DNA of 64,000 nucleotides. It comes from Candidatus Ozemobacteraceae bacterium. GTDB taxonomy: Bacteria; Muiribacteriota; Ozemobacteria; Ozemobacterales; Ozemobacteraceae. The notes under the pieces are model-generated. The model was not told the origin of the DNA and made no database searches. It saw only the letters and a program-made list of their open reading frames with translations. Of the stretch, positions 46,667 to 56,912 are shown piece after piece. Every line of letters begins with the position of its first letter. Positions within the stretch are counted from its first letter, which is position 1. The translations under genes were made by a program, and so were the position numbers. The stretch lies in NCBI GenBank assembly GCA_965140445.1, contig OZ223236.1:736001-800000 (forward strand), in the 5' to 3' direction.

Positions 46667-46711
46667 TTATTCATTCTATAGGTACTGTTTACCTCTGTCA
46701 AAGTCTATAAG

Positions 46712-46742
46712 AAAGGGACCGCCCTTTGAGGGCAGTCCCTTT
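46712..46742 (-). terminator. Terminator after fba
   Basis: AAAGGGACCGCCCT...AGGGCAGTCCCTTT. Confidence 0.7.
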
Positions 46743-46768
46743 AAATGCTTGCTATGAAATCAATGATT

Positions 46769-47710
46769 TCAGGCTTTCCCTGAGCATCCCATGATTCTCA
46801 TTTTTCTTGCAACAACTTCTTTTATTGCAGTTCTTGCTGGTCCAAGATACTTTCTTGGATCAAATTCAGCAGGGTTTTCAGCGAAAACTTTTCTGATTTG
46901 GCCAGTCATTGCAAGTCTAAGATCGGTGTCTACATTGATTTTGCAAACGCCAGTTTTAGCTGCCTGACCGATCATGTCTTCTGGAACTCCTCGAGAACCA
47001 GGAAGTTTTCCACCATACTGATTACAGATATCAGTTAGATCTTGTGGTACAGAGCTGGCTCCATGTAGAACAAGCGGAAAACCAGGAAGTTTTCCCTGAA
47101 TTTCAGCAAGTCTATCAAAAGCTAGTTTTGGTTCGCCGGAGAATTTATAAGCGCCATGGCTTGTTCCAATTGCGATTGCCAGAGAATCACAACCGGTTTT
47201 TTCTACAAATATTTTTGCTTCATCTGGATCAGTGTAGGTAGCGTCTTTGGCATCAACCTTAACGTCGTCTTCAACGCCAGCCAATTTGCCAAGTTCGGCT
47301 TCTACTACAACACCTTTTGAGTGAGCATATTCAACAACTTCTTTAGTAATTCTGATGTTTTCTTCTAATGGATATTTTGATGCATCTATCATTACGGAGG
47401 TAAAACCACCATCAATACATTTTTTGCAGATTTCAAAATCGTCGCCATGGTCAAGATGTAAAGCTACAGGAATAGATACTCCAGAGGCTTCGGCCATTTC
47501 AAGTGAGGCTTGAATTAAATGTATCAGGTATTCGTGGCGAGCATATTTTCGTGCACCAGCAGAAACTTGAATGATTAAAGGAGATTTTTCTTGAATGGCA
47601 GCTTCGAAAATTCCCTGTATGATTTCCATGTTGTTAACGTTAAAGGCACCTATCGCATACCCGCCCTTGTACGCTTTTTCAAAAAGTTCTTTAGTTGATA
47701 CTAGTGGCAT
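46769..47710 (-). CDS. fba: Class II fructose-1,6-bisphosphate aldolase
   Basis: GAFNVNNME, LHLDHG, SVMIDAS, VEAELG, GTSHGAYK, LVLHGAS, KINVDTD. Confidence 0.96.
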   Translation of the reverse strand: MPLVSTKELFEKAYKGGYAIGAFNVNNMEIIQGIFEAAIQEKSPLIIQVSAGARKYARHEYLIHLIQASLEMAEASGVSIPVALHLDHGDDFEICKKCIDGGFTSVMIDASKYPLEENIRITKEVVEYAHSKGVVVEAELGKLAGVEDDVKVDAKDATYTDPDEAKIFVEKTGCDSLAIAIGTSHGAYKFSGEPKLAFDRLAEIQGKLPGFPLVLHGASSVPQDLTDICNQYGGKLPGSRGVPEDMIGQAAKTGVCKINVDTDLRLAMTGQIRKVFAENPAEFDPRKYLGPARTAIKEVVARKMRIMGCSGKA

Positions 47711-47875
47711 TTCAGCCCTCCTGATTTTAACTGATTAGCTCTGAGTCTCTCCTGGAAAAAGACTTCAACTATTGTTCGGTAGTCTAACAAAGCACGGGTG
47801 AAAAGTCAAAAATCGTAGCTAAAATTATAGGGGTACCCTCTTAAATATGTTACAATTGTCAGAGGGAGTAACTAG

Positions 47876-49378
47876 ATGCGAAAAAGTCGGATAACAATTT
47901 TAGCGATTTTTTTCTTGAGCATTTTAGCTTTTGCTGCTCAGGCAATGGACCCTCAAGCCAGAGATTTTTTTCGCAAAGCCGAATACTTTTTTCAGAAAGG
48001 CGATATTTTGTCGGCTAGAGACTTTTGTAATAGGGCTAAAACTTTTGAGCCGAACATCAAAGAAATATTAGATTTGGATTTGCAAATTGAAAAGGCCGCT
48101 AAAGAAGAAGCAGAAAAGCTTAGAAGCAGGGCTGAATTCTTTTTTAACGCGAAAAATCTTCCTGAAGCTGAAAAACTTCTTCGAAAAGTTCTTCTTCTTG
48201 CCCCCGAAGATTCTCTAGCTAAAGCCAGGCATAATCAAATAACCAAGGCTTATGAACAGATAGAGGAATATAAAAATAAAGGGATTAAGGTTGATTCCAG
48301 TTCTGGGCGCACTCATGACGTTGACCTATATTCAGCGGTTTCAATATTAAACCGTGCCAGAGCTTTTTTTGAGAGGGGTGACAGGGAGAAAGCTTTGGAA
48401 TTTGTAAATCAGGTTTTGGAGCGAGAACCTGCATATAAGCCAGCTCTTGCGCTAAAAGCCGAAATTCTCAATGTTAATAAGATAGATGAATATGTCAATC
48501 GTGCGGAAAAGGCATTTCGAGTTGGTAAAATGCAGGACTGCTTGATTTCTCTTGATAGACTTATTTCTGAAATGCCTGATAGAGCTGAGTTCTTCTTGAT
48601 GAGAGCTAAAGCAAATATAAAGCTTAAGCGATCTAAAGAGGGAATCGCAGATTTATGGACTTATCGTGAGAAAAGTGAAAAGAATGTGGATGATGAAACC
48701 TTTCCTCTTTTTGCTGAAGCTAATTTTGAATTAAAAAAGTATTCCTATGCTTATGGGTTTTCTTTAAGTAGCGATTTATCGAAGACTTATATGCCTTTTC
48801 TATTTCGATATAAATGCTACATAGGGATGTTTGGGGCTAAAATATATTTAATTTATTTTTTAGTTTTGTTGATCGTTGTGACTTTGTTTGTAGATATTCG
48901 TATTTTTGGCTGGCTAATGAATAGGTTTCCTGCCGGAAGTTTTCCAATAGCCATAAAGTGTTTTTGGGGACTGTTACTAAATTCGCCAGCCAAAGTTTTG
49001 GATCAACTGATAATAGTTGCAAGGAGCTTAAATACTGCCTGGTTGAATTACCTTGCAGGAATTGCTTTGTTTAAGGCTGGACAGATTGAAGGAGCTCAAA
49101 GGTTTCTCGCATTTAGCTTTACTTCAAAGGAGCTTGCTGGCAGGGCATATTTTTTCTTTGGGTTAACAAAAAAGCTTCTTAAACAAGAGTTTAACGATAG
49201 TAATTTTGAGGAATCTATTCTTTTCAGTTGTGACAAAGGAAACAAAATTTGGCACCCTGGCTTTATGAAAAAAATTGAGGTCGCACTATTGGAAACCTAT
49301 GGTAAAGAAACAAGTCTTGAAAGTTTTGAGGGGCTTGCTTGTATTGGTGTAAAAGAGCAGATAGGAGTTAACAAATGA
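47876..49378 (+). CDS. TPR protein with signal peptide and internal TM helix
   Basis: AQA signal, TPR-like helical repeats on both sides of a hydrophobic segment. Confidence 0.7.
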   Translation: MRKSRITILAIFFLSILAFAAQAMDPQARDFFRKAEYFFQKGDILSARDFCNRAKTFEPNIKEILDLDLQIEKAAKEEAEKLRSRAEFFFNAKNLPEAEKLLRKVLLLAPEDSLAKARHNQITKAYEQIEEYKNKGIKVDSSSGRTHDVDLYSAVSILNRARAFFERGDREKALEFVNQVLEREPAYKPALALKAEILNVNKIDEYVNRAEKAFRVGKMQDCLISLDRLISEMPDRAEFFLMRAKANIKLKRSKEGIADLWTYREKSEKNVDDETFPLFAEANFELKKYSYAYGFSLSSDLSKTYMPFLFRYKCYIGMFGAKIYLIYFLVLLIVVTLFVDIRIFGWLMNRFPAGSFPIAIKCFWGLLLNSPAKVLDQLIIVARSLNTAWLNYLAGIALFKAGQIEGAQRFLAFSFTSKELAGRAYFFFGLTKKLLKQEFNDSNFEESILFSCDKGNKIWHPGFMKKIEVALLETYGKETSLESFEGLACIGVKEQIGVNK

Positions 49379-51555
49379 GAATTTTTGTTAGAGGATTTCG
49401 TTTAGCATTTGGCATAATTTTATTTATTTGGATCGTGACCAGCGCTTATTTTCCTGTTTTTGCAGATGCTATTTCAGACCAGTTACTGTCTGAAGCTAAT
49501 GTTACTTCTGATCTCGGCGGCCCCCTTGTTGAAGTTTGGGAAGATGTAAAGCCAATTAAAAATATTGGCCCCCAACCTGGTAAGGGGTCGGTAATTTCAA
49601 ATTCAGAGCTGGCCAAGTATGCTTCAGTAGTTAAGGCAGCTGAAGGGCAAAAACTTTTGGATAGGACGATGCCTGCTGGACTTGCTTTTCCTTTCAAAAG
49701 TTTTGAAGATTTTTTGGCGCAATATTTTTATCTGGATAGAGGCAGTTTCTATTATCCTGATGGCTCTCCTCCTGTTTGGGGCTCTAAGGAAGAAATTCAC
49801 AGCTTCCCTTATGAGTATCCTGATACAAAGGATCCACATACCAGAAAATTCTGGTTGTGTCTTGGTAAAGGTGAGTTCAGTTATTTTAAACCAACTACAT
49901 ATGCTCCCGATTCTAAATCGTGTTTTAAGCATAAATGGCTTTGTAACTATCCCCCATGTAAGAAGGCGGTTAAAGAAGAACAGACTGACCCGGATGGGAA
50001 TAAGGTAAATGTTGAAATTGAACCAGAGGACCATAGTGGACAAAAAGATAACAATATTTATCTTGGTTTGAAGGACTACTTAAAAAAGAATTCTTTGGAA
50101 GTTTCAAAGGGATATCAGGATGAAGCCAGTGGAATGGCTTTTGAAATTAGAGTAAAAGATAGGACTCCTCCGCAGATCATAGGATGTGTGGGGGGTAATT
50201 TTCCTGAACTGGGTAAAACAAAACCTGCTACTACTGGTGACAGATACGAAGTTGAAGGGCTAAAAATTATAGATAATTCTCCCGGAGACATAGGGACATG
50301 CCTTTGTCTGGGAATGATTTATGCTACTCCAGATTTAAACTGGAAAAATAATGAAAAATGGATAACTGAAGATCCTATTTATGTTAAGCCTGGCTCAGAT
50401 GCTAATTATGTAATTATGCCTAATACCTGTAACGGTGTAATGCGTTATTCTGTTTTTGCCTGGGATAAATCGAACTGGCTTAATCCTGGGGAACCAGGAA
50501 TTAAACCAGATTCTCCAAAAGACTGTTATGGACTTTCTGATCCACCGAAGGGATATGCTGATCTTGGCGACGATCCTAAAACCGCAAAGGAGTTTCCTCT
50601 TACTTTCGGGGGCATGCAATCTTTGGATCCAACTGAAAGGCGTGGGACTGGATTTTTATGGGTTACAGATAATGATTTACCTAATGTACTCATAAAAATT
50701 CAATCAGTAAAAGATTCAAAAGCTGTATTTTTCCCTCCACCGATCGATCCTGCTTCCTCTCCTGGTCTTTCTATCTTTCCTCCCCAAGCTCCTGCTGGTG
50801 CTCCAAGCGATTTTAACCCCGGCAAGGATAGCTATGTCGAATTTTTGACCAAGGATGTGAAATCATCGGATGTTACTTATACAGCTGATATGGTAGGTGG
50901 AGCTGTTCCATATTTCACTGTTTTTCACACTGAGCCTTCCAAATATATGTCATTTGATGAGGCTAAAATGCTGTCTAAATTTGAGAAAAATGCAGATATT
51001 GATTTTATAAGGAAAAATTTAAGACTTGAAGACTTTAACTGCTCTGATACCAAGAAAGATGGAACAAAAATTATTTCTGATTCTGATAGTTTTGGACAGA
51101 GAAATGGTTTTGGACAAACAGTCGTTGTACTTCTTAAAGAGCCACTTCAAGAAGATGTTGAATACAAAATTAGTGTTTGGGCTGATGACAATGTTAAATG
51201 GAGCACTACCGAATTGTCAGGAGCTGTTTTAGATGATATCAGAAGCTTTAAAACTGGTGTTGTTAATGGAAAAATCAGTTTAAGGATTCCAAATCAAAAC
51301 CCAACATATTCTGCGAACCAAAATCTTGATCCTAATCAGTATATTTCCAAAGATCTAAAAGCTGTTTTTAGAGAACCAACCATAAAAAACCCCAAGATTT
51401 CTTCCGAAAGTGATCTTACAAGTGGAAGATTTCCGTTTGTAGAGGTTCGCGCTGAAGATTTTGTTGGAAACAGGAGAACGATACGACTTTACTTCAAAAT
51501 TTCCGATGAGAATCCGAAGATAAAGGTAATTGAGCGTAAGCATGGTTTATTTTAA
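49375..51555 (+). CDS. Large exported hypothetical protein
   Basis: Signal peptide; DRTPP, AWD, ADDN and AED..GN motifs typical of Ig-like modules; overlaps neighbours. Confidence 0.6.
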   Translation: MRIFVRGFRLAFGIILFIWIVTSAYFPVFADAISDQLLSEANVTSDLGGPLVEVWEDVKPIKNIGPQPGKGSVISNSELAKYASVVKAAEGQKLLDRTMPAGLAFPFKSFEDFLAQYFYLDRGSFYYPDGSPPVWGSKEEIHSFPYEYPDTKDPHTRKFWLCLGKGEFSYFKPTTYAPDSKSCFKHKWLCNYPPCKKAVKEEQTDPDGNKVNVEIEPEDHSGQKDNNIYLGLKDYLKKNSLEVSKGYQDEASGMAFEIRVKDRTPPQIIGCVGGNFPELGKTKPATTGDRYEVEGLKIIDNSPGDIGTCLCLGMIYATPDLNWKNNEKWITEDPIYVKPGSDANYVIMPNTCNGVMRYSVFAWDKSNWLNPGEPGIKPDSPKDCYGLSDPPKGYADLGDDPKTAKEFPLTFGGMQSLDPTERRGTGFLWVTDNDLPNVLIKIQSVKDSKAVFFPPPIDPASSPGLSIFPPQAPAGAPSDFNPGKDSYVEFLTKDVKSSDVTYTADMVGGAVPYFTVFHTEPSKYMSFDEAKMLSKFEKNADIDFIRKNLRLEDFNCSDTKKDGTKIISDSDSFGQRNGFGQTVVVLLKEPLQEDVEYKISVWADDNVKWSTTELSGAVLDDIRSFKTGVVNGKISLRIPNQNPTYSANQNLDPNQYISKDLKAVFREPTIKNPKISSESDLTSGRFPFVEVRAEDFVGNRRTIRLYFKISDENPKIKVIERKHGLF

Positions 51556-52201
51556 AAGAGATACTAATTTTGTTTTTTTAAGCAAAGGTTTCCAAAAGAG
51601 GTTTGGGATGAGTCTTTTGGAAATTCTGGTTGCTTTGCTTGTTCTTGTTATTGGGATTTTGCCGGTTATAGGCGTTTTTACCCAGTATTTTGGTGTAGCA
51701 AATTATCAAACTGACCAGGAAACCGCCTTAAAAATTGCTGAGTCGACGATGACCAAGTTACTTTCAACAAAGTATTCTGCCATTGCTGTAGGAGCGTCAT
51801 TTCCTTTAGATCTTGATTTTCAGACTCCCAGTGGTGCTTTTAGCGGGAAATTATTTTTTTCCGGAACAAGCGGAGAGAGCGAACTGGTAGAAATCGGAAA
51901 ATCCAGGTTTAAAATTGATTTTAAAGTTTCAAAGGTTTATCAGGCTTTCAAGGGTACTAATCCAGATAAAGCGATGCTGTTAAAATACCCTGCCTATGAA
52001 CCTCCACCACCACCAATTCCTTTGCCTCCGCCAGCTCCTCCTCCTCCACCGTCGCCACCTACAATACCTGTTTTTCCAGGAATGTGGGTTCACAACTACT
52101 TTTGTACAAATGACTTTCTTGCATTTCATTTAAAGGTTACCTATGGAAATCCTCAAAAAAGTGTCGATTTAATGACATTTAGAGCCGATATGAGTAATTA
52201 A
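51530..52201 (+). CDS. Prepilin-type protein (PilV-like) with poly-proline insert; start uncertain
   Basis: RFG/MSLLEILVAL with Glu5; PPPPPIPLPPPAPPPPPSPP. Confidence 0.78.
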   Translation: MSVSMVYFKRDTNFVFLSKGFQKRFGMSLLEILVALLVLVIGILPVIGVFTQYFGVANYQTDQETALKIAESTMTKLLSTKYSAIAVGASFPLDLDFQTPSGAFSGKLFFSGTSGESELVEIGKSRFKIDFKVSKVYQAFKGTNPDKAMLLKYPAYEPPPPPIPLPPPAPPPPPSPPTIPVFPGMWVHNYFCTNDFLAFHLKVTYGNPQKSVDLMTFRADMSN

Positions 52202-52203
52202 CC

Positions 52204-52731
52204 ATGAGAAATAATAAAAAGGGAATGGCTTTACCGATTGTTGTAATCCTTTGCACAATATTTTTAGGCTTCTCATCAGTTTTAATTATTAATTCACGAA
52301 GTCAACGCGGAAACCATTCTGAACAACTGGATAAGACAAGAGCAATAATGGCTGCGAGAGCAGGATTGCAGATTGCCATTTACAAATTCAGGGTATTGCC
52401 AACTGATTTTTATAAAATTCATAAAAAAAGGATGGAGGCATTATTGAATCCAGCTAAATTAGCTGAGGCAAATAAGGCTTATTCAATTTGGGTTGGAGAT
52501 TTTGATACCTCTATTGATGGATCTCCAGCTAATAAAATGAAGAAGACTTTGGATTCAATGTTGCCAGATGATCTAAGCTATGACTTCGGTATTGAGGAGT
52601 TTAGGTTAGCTTCCAGTGATGGTAAAGGGTATGTGAAAGATTTTATCCAGATAAAGGCATGGGGTTCTTACGGAAAAGAAAAAAGAACTCTGGAGGAAAT
52701 AATTGAGATTCAAATTGCCGAAGACCTCTAG
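52204..52731 (+). CDS. PilX-like prepilin protein
   Basis: KKG/MALPIVV without Glu5; AIMAARAGLQ; IKAWGSY. Confidence 0.75.
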   Translation: MRNNKKGMALPIVVILCTIFLGFSSVLIINSRSQRGNHSEQLDKTRAIMAARAGLQIAIYKFRVLPTDFYKIHKKRMEALLNPAKLAEANKAYSIWVGDFDTSIDGSPANKMKKTLDSMLPDDLSYDFGIEEFRLASSDGKGYVKDFIQIKAWGSYGKEKRTLEEIIEIQIAEDL

Positions 52732-53413
52732 TAAAAAAGGGTTAACGCTAGTTGAGATAGTTATAGCAGCTCTGGTTTTTGCTATTTTTAGCTGGCTGCT
52801 GATGCTTTTATATAACAGAGGCAGTGATTCTTTTAGAATTACTGTCTGGAAGCAGAACAGAAATGCAGAATTGATTTCTTTCTGGGCTGTGATGCGGAAA
52901 AATCTTGAAGAAGCATCTAATCATTATACTGCAACTCCAGGCGATGCAAATCCAAAGATAACTCCTTCACCAAATCCAATTCTGATACATCCTGATCCGA
53001 AGACTGTTGATTCAGGGCCAATTTTAGCCTGGAGTGTTTCCAGTGTTAACTTTGACTTTACCTCTGGCTACTTTAACCATGATCCTAAAAGATCTACTTA
53101 CGTCTTGATAAAGGAAAAGAAAAAACTCATTCTGGCCAGTGAAATTAATGGAAAGAAAAAGCATAGAATAACTTTGTTGGATGGAGTTGATGAGATTAGT
53201 TTTAAAGTTAGCTCAATAGTGGTAGACGCTTCTGACAACGAAGAGAAAATTGTTGACGGATGTGTAGCTGGGGCTAATGGATCTCTATTGGAGATCTCAA
53301 TTATGTTAAAACCTCCTGAGAAATACATTGCAGCTAATCAAAAGCTTGCGCAGAACAATAAATTCAGGTTAAATGTCGCTCCAAAATTCGATTCTAATCC
53401 AACCTATCCGTAA
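52703..53413 (+). CDS. Prepilin-type protein (PilW-like)
   Basis: KKG/LTLVEIVIA with Glu5. Confidence 0.78.
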   Translation: MRFKLPKTSSKKGLTLVEIVIAALVFAIFSWLLMLLYNRGSDSFRITVWKQNRNAELISFWAVMRKNLEEASNHYTATPGDANPKITPSPNPILIHPDPKTVDSGPILAWSVSSVNFDFTSGYFNHDPKRSTYVLIKEKKKLILASEINGKKKHRITLLDGVDEISFKVSSIVVDASDNEEKIVDGCVAGANGSLLEISIMLKPPEKYIAANQKLAQNNKFRLNVAPKFDSNPTYP

Positions 53414-55085
53414 GGTATATGCTTTGCACATTAAGTTTCTTCTAAGATCAATTTTGGGCTTGGGTTTTGTTTTTTGCCTTTCTACAAAGCTTAATGCTCA
53501 AGAAGCTGTTATAAAAATTTATAATCCCAGCGATCCTGTTCCCTGGGTAGTAGCTGCCATTGCTATTTTATTGTTGCTTATAGCAATTGGAGTTTTAATC
53601 TATGTGGTTAGAAGTTCAATAGGCAAAGAAGTTAAAATGGGACAAGGAACCCTTGATAAAATTCAGGACAATTATTCAAGGAAAATTCGCAAAGAATATA
53701 ACGCCAAGCATGAAATGCTTGATAAAAAGATAAAAGAAGTTCGCCAGAAGTTTTCACTGGTAATTATGAAAGTAAGAAATCTTTTGACTACTTTGAATCC
53801 AGAGCAACTCTTTAACGCTATTTCCGAAATGCTGGAAGAAGATCTTGGGGTGAATCGCTATATTTTATTCTTGTTAGATCCAGATAAAAAAGAACTATAC
53901 CCGTTTAGGTGGTCTGGATACGCAGATGATATTCAGAAAGTTCTGTTCATTCCCATGGATTATCCCCACTTACTAACCTATTCGTTAAAAAATAAACAAA
54001 CAATATATAAGTTTAAAGCGCTTACAGATTTGACCATTAAAAAACTGGTTGATCGAAAGCCTGTTTCAAACACTCTGGTTGCTATACCTATTTGTGTTTC
54101 AGATCGAAATTTTGGTGTAATCCACATAGAGTCCTATGCAGATGGACATACAGAGCTTGAAGAAGATGAAATCAGGTTTTTATCCACCCTTCCTACTTTC
54201 CTTGGAAATGCGATCGCCAATGCGGACATTTTTGTGCAAACCAGAGAAGACTTAACTTCTGCAAAGAAAACTTCAGAACAGGAAATTGCAGAAAAAAAGA
54301 AATTGAAAGAGATTTTTTCCCGTTATACCTCTGCGGAGTTGGTTGATAATTTATTAAAAAATCCGGAACAGGTGGATCTTGGGGGAGTAAATAAAGAAGC
54401 GGCGATTCTTTTTACTGATATCGCTGGATTTACGAATTTTAGCTCGAAGCTGACCCCCAAAGAAGTTGTTTTGTATATGAACGAGTATCTTTCCAGGATG
54501 ACGGAAGTGATTTTGGATTATCAGGGGGAAATTGATAAATTTATTGGTGATGCCATTATGGCCAGGTTTGGTGTTCTAAGTGATATTGCTTATCCAGGCA
54601 GAAATGCTGTAGAAGCAGCATGTGCAATGCTAGAAGAACTTGATAAGCTGCATTCTGAATGGGCGGCAAGGGGAATTCAAAATTTCAATATAAGAGTTGG
54701 AATTGCCTGTGGTGAAGTCCTGGCTGGAAATCTTGGGTCAAAGAGAAGGCAGGAATTCACTGTTATGGGAACAACGGTTAACCTTGCTTCCCGACTTGAA
54801 GCATTGAATAAGGAATATGGATCAAAGATATTGATTGACGAAAATACGTTCAAGCAATTACCTAAAGGAATCAAATCCTTTAAACGGGAAAATGTATTTG
54901 TTCGAGGCCTTAACGAAGCTCAGACGGTTTATGAAATACAAGAATATTTAAGCCGGCCAAAGGTTGTCTCAATTAATCAGAAAATTCAAAAGTTGGATTC
55001 CGGACAGCCTGTAGGGAATGCTTCTGATGGGAAAATCTCTAAAGGACCGGTTTCTGGTTCTGGAAAAGGAAATGAAAAGCTTTGA
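53373..55085 (+). CDS. Membrane-anchored GAF-domain class III adenylate cyclase; start uncertain
   Basis: TM, coiled coil, GAF (LVAIPI...FGVIHI), FTDIAGFT, DKFIGDAIM, FTVMGTTVNLASRLE. Confidence 0.88.
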   Translation: MSLQNSILIQPIRKVYALHIKFLLRSILGLGFVFCLSTKLNAQEAVIKIYNPSDPVPWVVAAIAILLLLIAIGVLIYVVRSSIGKEVKMGQGTLDKIQDNYSRKIRKEYNAKHEMLDKKIKEVRQKFSLVIMKVRNLLTTLNPEQLFNAISEMLEEDLGVNRYILFLLDPDKKELYPFRWSGYADDIQKVLFIPMDYPHLLTYSLKNKQTIYKFKALTDLTIKKLVDRKPVSNTLVAIPICVSDRNFGVIHIESYADGHTELEEDEIRFLSTLPTFLGNAIANADIFVQTREDLTSAKKTSEQEIAEKKKLKEIFSRYTSAELVDNLLKNPEQVDLGGVNKEAAILFTDIAGFTNFSSKLTPKEVVLYMNEYLSRMTEVILDYQGEIDKFIGDAIMARFGVLSDIAYPGRNAVEAACAMLEELDKLHSEWAARGIQNFNIRVGIACGEVLAGNLGSKRRQEFTVMGTTVNLASRLEALNKEYGSKILIDENTFKQLPKGIKSFKRENVFVRGLNEAQTVYEIQEYLSRPKVVSINQKIQKLDSGQPVGNASDGKISKGPVSGSGKGNEKL

Positions 55086-55777
55086 TTAGACGCTCTTCAA
55101 GATTGGTTTTATTTGATATAGATAGAACTTTAATGTATGCAGGCAAAGGCGGACTTACTGGTATTAAGGCCGCAATTTCAGAAGTTCTGGGCGGTAGAAA
55201 TGATATTGAAGATTTGAACCTTCATGGCAGTACTTTTTTAGATATTGTTGATCAAGTTTGTAAAAGGGACTCTATAGAATTTCCTGACCAGAATACTTTA
55301 CAAATGTTTTACCAAAGGTTTCACGATGAAGTTGCCAAACAACTGCATAACGATGCAGAGCTTTTGCCTGGTGTGGAAAGTCTTTTGCAAAAACTGAGTC
55401 AGGAAGAAGATGTTTATCTTGGCCTGATAACTGGTAATACAACAAAGGGTTCTGAAATAAAACTGGCTAGATTTGATCTGAATCGCTTTTTTCCTATCGG
55501 TGCTTTTGGTGACGAGCTGCGAGAAAGAGGAAAACTGGTTATGCTTGCCGTAGAAAAGGCCAAAAAGCATTTTAAAATCGATTTTGAGTTGGAAAGAGTT
55601 TACGTGGTTGGTGATACGCCTCAAGATATTTCGGCAGCAATCTATAGTAAAACTCGAAGCATTGGCGTTTGCACCGGGCATTTTGGCGAAGAAGAATTAA
55701 AAAAATGTGGTGCTGATCTTGTGTTGCCAGATCTTGGCTTTCATAAAGAGTTTTTTAAATTTGTTTTAGAAAGCTAG
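55082..55777 (+). CDS. HAD-superfamily hydrolase
   Basis: LFDIDRT, LITGN, VVGDTPQDI. Confidence 0.85.
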   Translation: MIRRSSRLVLFDIDRTLMYAGKGGLTGIKAAISEVLGGRNDIEDLNLHGSTFLDIVDQVCKRDSIEFPDQNTLQMFYQRFHDEVAKQLHNDAELLPGVESLLQKLSQEEDVYLGLITGNTTKGSEIKLARFDLNRFFPIGAFGDELRERGKLVMLAVEKAKKHFKIDFELERVYVVGDTPQDISAAIYSKTRSIGVCTGHFGEEELKKCGADLVLPDLGFHKEFFKFVLES

Positions 55778-56829
55778 AGGTTTTTGGCTATAAGGAATTG
55801 CATTAGCTGGCCAGTTTTTCTTGCTCTAAGTAATTCTATTGAGGAAATTTCAACTTCTTTTTTGGAGTAAAAGGAGATCAAATATTGATTTCCAGAAAGT
55901 TCCACGTCAAAGTTGTTGGAGATTCTATTGCGGGAAATTTTAGGCGTAGTTGCTGCCCAAAACTTTGATGAAACTCCTGCGCTAGAACTTGAACTATTAT
56001 CGATTGAGCATATTTGAAAGTCATCTACGGCAAGTTTGTCCAAGAATGGGCCAAGAACCTTCACTGTTGATGGATAAATATCGTGAAGTAAAACTACTCC
56101 GCCTTTTGGATTGCCATTTAGTTTCATCTGACGAGAAAGACTGTTTAAAGTGGTTAAATGATTTTTGTTTTTCCAGTCTCTTGGATCAACAGTCCATAAA
56201 ACGATATCCATTCCTTCCTGCCTGATAATATTTGCAACCTGTTTATTTATTGCACCATACGGAGGCCTGAAATAGCGTGGTTTTTCTCCGGTAATCTTTT
56301 TTATTAAGCTATTTGTATGAAAAATCTCTCTTTCTATGGCTGCTTTTGAAATTTGGGTCAAATTTTTATGCCCAAAAGTATGATTGCCTATCAAATGACC
56401 TTCGTCATGAATTCTTTTTATCAATTCCGGGTATTTTTGAACTTGAAGGCCAAGGACAAAGAAAATAGCTTTTATATTTCTCTTTTTGAGTATATCCAGG
56501 ATTTTAGGAGTTGTCCGTGGGTGTGGTCCATCGTCAAATGTTAGAATTGCTTTTTTTTCAGATCCAATCATTTTGTAAATTTGAGATCTATTTATGAAGT
56601 TGCCGAGTTTGGTAAGGTTTTCTGCAATTTCTTCTTCTTCCATCATTGGGTTAGCCATGGTTTCAATCTTTACGGGAGGTGCAATCTCACCAAGTTTCTT
56701 GTTTATTGTTTCGGGGAGTTTGGTCATTGAATAACCCGGGCCAAATGCCACAAAGTTTATGGCAAAAATTGCGGAAAAAACTGCCAATAAATTGTAATTT
56801 CTTTTTTTCATCAGAAACCTTATCGGCAT
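55774..56829 (-). CDS. Polysaccharide deacetylase (NodB/CE4)
   Basis: LTFDDGP, NHTFGH, FRPPYG, DPRDW, LLHD. Confidence 0.9.
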   Translation of the reverse strand: MPIRFLMKKRNYNLLAVFSAIFAINFVAFGPGYSMTKLPETINKKLGEIAPPVKIETMANPMMEEEEIAENLTKLGNFINRSQIYKMIGSEKKAILTFDDGPHPRTTPKILDILKKRNIKAIFFVLGLQVQKYPELIKRIHDEGHLIGNHTFGHKNLTQISKAAIEREIFHTNSLIKKITGEKPRYFRPPYGAINKQVANIIRQEGMDIVLWTVDPRDWKNKNHLTTLNSLSRQMKLNGNPKGGVVLLHDIYPSTVKVLGPFLDKLAVDDFQICSIDNSSSSSAGVSSKFWAATTPKISRNRISNNFDVELSGNQYLISFYSKKEVEISSIELLRARKTGQLMQFLIAKNL

Positions 56830-56912
56830 GTTTATTTAAAAAGATTATTGGAAGAGAAACAGAAAGTTTTATGCTATCTTTGTGCAGTGATAAAAGGATT
56901 TGATCGTTAATT

